A stretch of 44,335 nt of DNA from a virus, in the IMG/VR virus record IMGVR_UViG_3300037501_000085. The stretch is one strand, 5' to 3'. A program made the position numbers and the translations under genes. Positions 40,310 to 44,335 of the stretch are shown piece after piece. The notes beneath the pieces were generated by a model. That model was not told the origin of the DNA. It saw only the letters and a program-made list of their open reading frames with translations, and searched no databases. Positions within the stretch are counted from its first letter, which is position 1. Each line of letters opens with the position of its first letter.

Positions 40310-42029
40310 TTTCCGGTTTCTCCCATCTTGGCCCCCGGAGGGAGGCAATTTCATTCGCCGATGGCATCATGCTGTCGGCATAGAGAATCTTCTGGGCCTG
40401 ACCCGTCGAGGCCTCGACGTAAGCCGCATCGGCCTGGGCCTGCCACCAGGCCGTGGCGTGCTCCAGGCACGTGACCAGGACATCCACCGTTACCTCGTCG
40501 GCCTCCTGACCCTCCCGGTGAGTCCGGCCTAGGATCTGCTCCCACTGCATGCCGTTGGGCGGAGGGCTCACGAGGAGATTCCGGCTCCAGGCCTGGAGAT
40601 TCCTGCCCTCGGCGTTACTCGCAGCCGAGGCGATCAGGGGGTCGTGCCTGGAGTGTTGCTCGATCATCCTGCCCGACTGATCTGTACCACCTCGACCGTA
40701 GTAAGTCAAGCCCGATAGGCTAGCTAGTCTCTCCCCGAAGGCAATGTGCTCCACCCAGACGATCCCGGGCTGACGATCATGGGCCCACCTCTGGACCAAC
40801 CGGAGAACGGAGTCGGTCAGCCAGACGGCCTCGGTCCGGGGCTGGAATGAGTCTCGGACCGCCCTCCACCGGGTCAGGGCCTGGACCGCGCCAGGGTAAT
40901 GACCCTCGTCCACGGCCCGGGTGACGGCCAGCTCGGAGTCCAGGGACCGGCGGTTATCAGCCAGGAGGGCCCGGCAGGTCCGGGCCCAGTCTCGGCGGGG
41001 CTGGAGCCAGGAGTCCGGCGGGCGAGGGGTCCATCGGTAGTAAAATCCCAGGGCCAGTTCCCGGGCCGTGCGCCAGACCTGCATGCCGTCGGTCAGGGGC
41101 CAGCCGTCCGGAGTTTCCCAGGCGTCTCGGAGTCGATGGAAGGCGTCCTCTAGGGCCTGGTCCGGCGGCCCAGGCAGATAGAGGGGGGCGATCTGGAGGG
41201 AGGCCCCGGTATGGCCCTCGGTCGTGGCGACCGTCCCGAGAGTGTCCACGAGCCGGCGCCGGAACGCGAGCCGGGCCGCGTGCCTGGGCTGGTGCTTCCG
41301 CTCCTCGGGACTGGCCAGGCTCAGGAGCGCGCCCGGGGCGACGGGCTGGGCCCGAGGATCGGTCCGCTCGTCTAGGGCCTCGGCCCAGTCCTCCAATTCT
41401 TGCCAGGAGTTGGGTATGGGGGCCTCGGCCGGCGGATAGATCCACCTCAGTATGTGGGCGTAGTCCCGGAGGGACCGTTTGGTGATCGTCCCGGACAGGG
41501 CCACGAACCTGGTATCCGGGTGGGCCTGCATGTACCTCTCCACCCGCCTAGTGACGGCGGCCTTGCGATTTTTCAGTTTATGGGCCTCGTCGGCCACGAT
41601 CAGGTCCGGGAGGTACCGATCGAGTAGGTGGACGGACTGGACCCGACCCAGTAGCTCGTATGACTCCAGCCTAATCCAGTTGGGTATGGGCCAATGATGG
41701 GACAGGGCAACCATTTCCCTCTTGGTCTTCTGGACGAGCTTGGCCGGCAGGAGTAAGAGGGGCCGTCGACTGGACAGGACGAAGGGCGCGAGGAGGGAGA
41801 GCAAGGTCTTCCCTCCACCCACACGGATCGGAGCGAAGAGACCCCCTCGCTGGGCACACTCCAGGAGAGCCAGGGCCTGGATCGGCCGGAGGGCCTGGGT
41901 CCCCCGGGCCAGGGCCTGAGTCAGGTCCTGGGCCAGGGCCGAGGCCTCCGGCTCGGTCCAGGCCCTCCGGGGCAGGGCCGCGATCCTGGCCAGTTCCCGA
42001 GAGTATTGGACGGCCCTAGGGGCTTGCAT
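40302..42029 (-). CDS. SNF2/DEAD-like superfamily 2 helicase
   Basis: Start at ATG 42029 (MQAPRAV…), 5 nt after the exonuclease stop. Motif I is IRVGGGKTLL, motif II is IVADEAHKLKN and motif VI is QILGRTHREGQ. The track start 42518 is an out-of-frame overlap with the exonuclease gene. Confidence 0.8.
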   Translation of the reverse strand: MQAPRAVQYSRELARIAALPRRAWTEPEASALAQDLTQALARGTQALRPIQALALLECAQRGGLFAPIRVGGGKTLLSLLAPFVLSSRRPLLLLPAKLVQKTKREMVALSHHWPIPNWIRLESYELLGRVQSVHLLDRYLPDLIVADEAHKLKNRKAAVTRRVERYMQAHPDTRFVALSGTITKRSLRDYAHILRWIYPPAEAPIPNSWQELEDWAEALDERTDPRAQPVAPGALLSLASPEERKHQPRHAARLAFRRRLVDTLGTVATTEGHTGASLQIAPLYLPGPPDQALEDAFHRLRDAWETPDGWPLTDGMQVWRTARELALGFYYRWTPRPPDSWLQPRRDWARTCRALLADNRRSLDSELAVTRAVDEGHYPGAVQALTRWRAVRDSFQPRTEAVWLTDSVLRLVQRWAHDRQPGIVWVEHIAFGERLASLSGLTYYGRGGTDQSGRMIEQHSRHDPLIASAASNAEGRNLQAWSRNLLVSPPPNGMQWEQILGRTHREGQEADEVTVDVLVTCLEHATAWWQAQADAAYVEASTGQAQKILYADSMMPSANEIASLRGPRWEKPENV

Positions 42030-42034
42030 GGGTG

Positions 42035-43147
42035 TTACCGGAGCACCCCCGCCCGGAGAGCCTCGGCGATCTGAGCCAGGCCCTCGGCCATCTTTTCGAT
42101 GCCCTGCTCCAGAAGGAGTTGGCCCTGGTTCTTGGGCTCGGGCATGGGGGCCTGGGCCGGCGGCGGGGAGGCCTCGGCTGCGGGGGCCTGGCGAGGCTGG
42201 GCCGGAGTCCCGTCCTTCCGGGGTCGGCCGGGACCTCGGGCGGGAGAAGAGGCCGGAGGAGGGGCCGGAGGAGGGGCTGGCACGGTCTGCACCGGGATCC
42301 AGGCCTGGCCGTCCCAGGTATGGGTCCCATCCGGGGATAGGATTGGGGCCGGCGGCGGGGGTGGGGCCTGGTCCTGGGCCGGCGGGTTGATCTGCCCCGC
42401 CTGGGCCCGGATCCGGGCCAGAAATTCCTCTTTCGATTGTACGGCGGATTGTTGGGACATGATGGACCTCATACGATTTGCTGGGGTTAGGTCGGTACAC
42501 AGAGGAAGATATGGACATCCCCCGAAGGCCTCACATGCATCAGGATTAGGAGGGATGGCCAGGGGCTCGGGACGGGCCCGATAAAGCACGTGTATCTCTT
42601 CAGCCAGGCCCTGGATCTGATCCAGGGTCGGGGTGAGATCCTGGGCCCGGAGCCGGAGGGTGATGGCCTCGGCCCGATATGGGGTACGGGTCCGGTAGTA
42701 GACCCAGGTCAGATCGGCCGCAGGACCGGACTCGAGAGCTGCCCGGGCATAGAGGACAGCCTGGACGTTAGTCCGCAGTTCTGCCGGGGTTTTGGCCCAA
42801 CGGAAATCCTTAGTAGTTTTGTGGTCCCAGACCTGGGCCCCGAGCCTCAGATCCATCCGGCCCCCGAACGTGTAGGAGCCAACCTGGAGGAGGAAATCCG
42901 ACTCTACCTCCAGGCCTGGGGTCCCAGGAGGAGGGAGCAGGTGGAGGCCGGCCAGGGCGATCTGCCCGGGCTTGGACGTGAGGTCGAGGGGCGTCCCGGA
43001 CAGGTAGTAGGCCTCCAGTTGGGCGTGTACGTCCAGACCGAGCTGGGCGGACGGGTTGGGTGGGGCCTGGAGGCCCCCGAGCTTGCGCCAGGCCCATCGG
43101 CGTGGGCACAGGACGTAGTCCTGGATTTGGGTCGCGGACAGGATCAC
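42035..43147 (-). CDS. PD-(D/E)xK exonuclease of Cas4/RecB type with a C-terminal extension of about 140 aa
   Basis: GTG start (GTGA overlap with the ParB-like stop). GRMDL…VWDHK…NVQAVLY gives the D, DxK and QxxxY motifs. Four Cys residues are C14 plus CEAFGGCPYLPLC. The extension has a proline linker, ILSPDGTHTWDGQAWIPV, the AT-hook-like GPGRPRKDG and a helical end. Confidence 0.75.
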   Translation of the reverse strand: MILSATQIQDYVLCPRRWAWRKLGGLQAPPNPSAQLGLDVHAQLEAYYLSGTPLDLTSKPGQIALAGLHLLPPPGTPGLEVESDFLLQVGSYTFGGRMDLRLGAQVWDHKTTKDFRWAKTPAELRTNVQAVLYARAALESGPAADLTWVYYRTRTPYRAEAITLRLRAQDLTPTLDQIQGLAEEIHVLYRARPEPLAIPPNPDACEAFGGCPYLPLCTDLTPANRMRSIMSQQSAVQSKEEFLARIRAQAGQINPPAQDQAPPPPPAPILSPDGTHTWDGQAWIPVQTVPAPPPAPPPASSPARGPGRPRKDGTPAQPRQAPAAEASPPPAQAPMPEPKNQGQLLLEQGIEKMAEGLAQIAEALRAGVLR

Positions 43148-44037
43148 GAAGACCGGAGGATTTTTCTCACGCTGGCATGAACCTCGGGATACTCCCGGAG
43201 CCCCTTACCGGTCGGATCCTCCCCGAGAATCACCAAGATGAGCCTATGGGCCAGCTCCACCCCATCGTTTTCGTAGGGGTACTCCTCGGTCGGGGCCAAC
43301 TGCTCCTCCAGGGCCCGAAGGGCTTTACGGCTGAGGGCCACACCACGGCGGGTCTCGGCCGGCTCTCGGTGGCGCTTGGCCCTCTCCCGGCCCTCCTGTC
43401 CCGTCAGAGGGCCTTGGGCCTGGAGGGCCTCCAGGGCGGGGCCCTGATCGTCCGGGGTGAGTTTGCCCAGTTCGTATCCGACCGATACCGGGACCGAGCC
43501 CTGGGCCACCTGAGCTTGGATGGCTGGGGTCAGGGAAAGGAGGGATCGCCAGTGGCCCAGGGTCTGGCTCGTCACACCGAAGTAGGCCCGGATCTCGGGC
43601 TCGCCGTGGCCGAGATCCCGCAAGCGCTGAGCCTTCCGGGCTCGGGTCAGGGGATGGTCCTCGAAACGGTGCTCGTTCGCCAGGACGAGCATGCCCGCAG
43701 CCCCAGGGAGGTCCGGGCTCCGGTCCATGACGGCGGGCACGCGGATTTTGGCATCCTGTCCCCGGAGAGTCCGATTGGCCAGTCGGGCGGCCCGGACCCT
43801 CTGACGGCCATCCACGACCACCAGGAGGTCCTGGACTCGACGGAGAGTGATGGGCAGGCGGATCCCGTGCTCCAGGACGGATTGGACCAGGGACTTGAGG
43901 GGAGGGGATTTGAGCCGGTCCGGATCGGCCAGTTCGGGGCACATATCCTCCGGGACGTCCTCCCCGACGATGGTCAGGGCCTCGGGCGCGAACCAGAGGC
44001 CTTGAAACTTGGCCACGGCTCCTTGGATTTGTCTCAT
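43144..44037 (-). CDS. ParB/Spo0J-like protein (ParB N-terminal domain plus HTH)
   Basis: ATG 44037 is preceded by GGAGGAGG. …LLVVVDGRQRVRAARLA… is the ParB box; …IRAYFGVTSQTLGHWRSLL… is the HTH. Confidence 0.75.
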   Translation of the reverse strand: MRQIQGAVAKFQGLWFAPEALTIVGEDVPEDMCPELADPDRLKSPPLKSLVQSVLEHGIRLPITLRRVQDLLVVVDGRQRVRAARLANRTLRGQDAKIRVPAVMDRSPDLPGAAGMLVLANEHRFEDHPLTRARKAQRLRDLGHGEPEIRAYFGVTSQTLGHWRSLLSLTPAIQAQVAQGSVPVSVGYELGKLTPDDQGPALEALQAQGPLTGQEGRERAKRHREPAETRRGVALSRKALRALEEQLAPTEEYPYENDGVELAHRLILVILGEDPTGKGLREYPEVHASVRKILRSS

Positions 44038-44335
44038 TTACAACCTCCTCCGATGGGTGCGGGCTGGCCGGCGAAACGATGTTACCTCCGACTGTGGCGG
44101 CGCCGCGACGGTGGCGCAGTTGCGCGCCGTGACGGTGGCGGAGTCGTGCGCAGCGACGATGGCGCGGCCGCGCGCCGCGACGGTGGCGCAGTCGTACGCC
44201 TTGACGGCGGCGTGGCCGTACGCCGCGACGGTGGCGGAGCCGCACGCCGTAACGGTGGCGCAGTCGTACGCCTTGACGGTGGCGCAGTCGTACGCCTTGA
44301 CGGTGGCGGAGTCGTGCGCAGCGACGATGGCGCGG
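44038..44335 (-). CDS. Octad-repeat protein, 3' portion (stop TAA at 44038-44040, abutting the ParB-like ATG)
   Basis: Own translation: …AIVAAHDS ATVKAYDC ATVKAYDC ATVTACGS ATVAAYGH AAVKAYDC ATVAARGR AIVAAHDS ATVTARNC ATVAAPPQSEVTSFRRPARTHRRRL*. The frame (first codon bases at positions divisible by 3) matches that of 1..831 once the 34-nt overlap is collapsed. Confidence 0.7.
   Translation of the reverse strand, partial: RAIVAAHDSATVKAYDCATVKAYDCATVTACGSATVAAYGHAAVKAYDCATVAARGRAIVAAHDSATVTARNCATVAAPPQSEVTSFRRPARTHRRRL
44098..44335. repeat. Tandem 24-nt repeat array (coding, minus strand), right part
   Basis: Same unit family as 1-468. Nt 44134-44232 are identical to nt 1-99. Confidence 0.9.

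Larger units (their letters stand above)
1..44335. mobile_element. Complete, circularly closed genome of a contractile-tailed dsDNA phage or phage-like element
   Basis: Packaging, head, neck, sheath/tube, baseplate, fibre, replication/recombination and lysis-like genes are all present. Nt 44302-44335 are identical to nt 1-34, and a minus-strand ORF is in frame across that overlap. No flanking host-like genes or integrase were seen. Confidence 0.8.

Noticed and set aside
36139-40474. Plus-strand ORFs 36139..37089 (316 aa), 37797..38570 (257 aa), 39279..39974 (231 aa) and 39689..40474 (261 aa), and the alternative-frame minus ORF 38146..39255 (369 aa)
   Set aside because: All overlap genes with strong catalytic motifs (polymerase, RuvC-like and others). 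All have Arg/Gly/Pro-rich translations typical of spurious frames.
37815-42518. Track-given N-terminal extensions of the polymerase (to 39875) and the SNF2 helicase (to 42518); similarly the primase to 4114, the fibre-like gene from 6640 and the hub gene to 19048
   Set aside because: The extensions are Pro/Gly/Arg/Ser-rich and overlap the 3' ends of the upstream genes. Internal starts that form ATGA/GTGA overlaps or follow Shine-Dalgarno-like sequences give domain-complete proteins.
43325-44245. ORF 43325..44245 (306 aa, minus)
   Set aside because: It is an alternative frame running through the ParB-like gene into the repeat array (MRLRHRRGVRPRRRQGVRLRHRR…), a repeat and GC artefact.
1-44335. 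Search for tRNA/rRNA genes, integrase with attP, toxin-antitoxin pairs and a reverse transcriptase
   Set aside because: The few intergenic regions (1292-1333, 1614-1656, 4336-4712, 9404-9732, 22200-22293) show no cloverleaf-like tRNA sequence by eye. No ORF shows recombinase or reverse-transcriptase motifs. This is a visual search only, and tRNAscan plus HMM scans should confirm it.

Overview
This 44,335-nt window looks like the complete, circularly closed genome of a high-GC, contractile-tailed dsDNA phage or phage-like element. The last 34 nt repeat the first 34 nt, and one minus-strand gene reads in frame across that junction. About 34 kb is a single co-directional minus-strand gene chain running from 4335 leftwards, through the junction, down to 10461. 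Most of its genes are joined by ATGA/GTGA start-stop overlaps. In transcription order it holds: a small ORF, a primase-helicase, a small cassette ORF, a decayed paralog, an octad-repeat protein, a ParB-like protein, a Cas4-like exonuclease, an SNF2 helicase, an SSB-like protein, a family-A DNA polymerase, a RuvC-like resolvase, an HTH protein, a transglycosylase-like protein, a Gp157-like protein, a DNA methyltransferase, an unknown ORF, a PAPS-reductase/GNAT/ParB-like trio and TerL. The structural genes follow: portal, Mu-F-like protein, scaffold/protease-like protein, decoration-like protein, major capsid, neck proteins, sheath, tube, a chaperone pair with a -1 frameshift, tape measure, a Mu-like baseplate interrupted by an envelope-active cassette, and a tail fibre. 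Three units break this chain: a plus-strand six-gene module (4713-8312), a lone minus-strand DUF932-like gene (8309-9370) and a plus-strand three-gene operon (9733-10474). Two conspicuously AT-rich intergenic islands full of palindromes (4336-4712 and 9404-9732) control these units. I recognised no rRNA, tRNA, CRISPR array, integrase or reverse transcriptase. The items most worth a second look are: (1) a hidden junction-spanning gene built from about 28 copies of a 24-nt (8-aa) repeat, with a decayed tandem paralog upstream; (2) a lower-GC PAPS-reductase/GNAT/ParB-like trio beside an orphan methyltransferase, just upstream of TerL; (3) a membrane protein/lipoprotein/esterase-peptidase cassette inserted inside the baseplate operon; (4) a proline linker plus SPDGxHxWDGxxW tail shared by two recombination/replication proteins; (5) the two palindrome-dense control regions; and (6) a promoter-bearing mini-cassette bracketed by 75-bp direct repeats. 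All family names come from motif recognition by eye and need HMM or structure confirmation.
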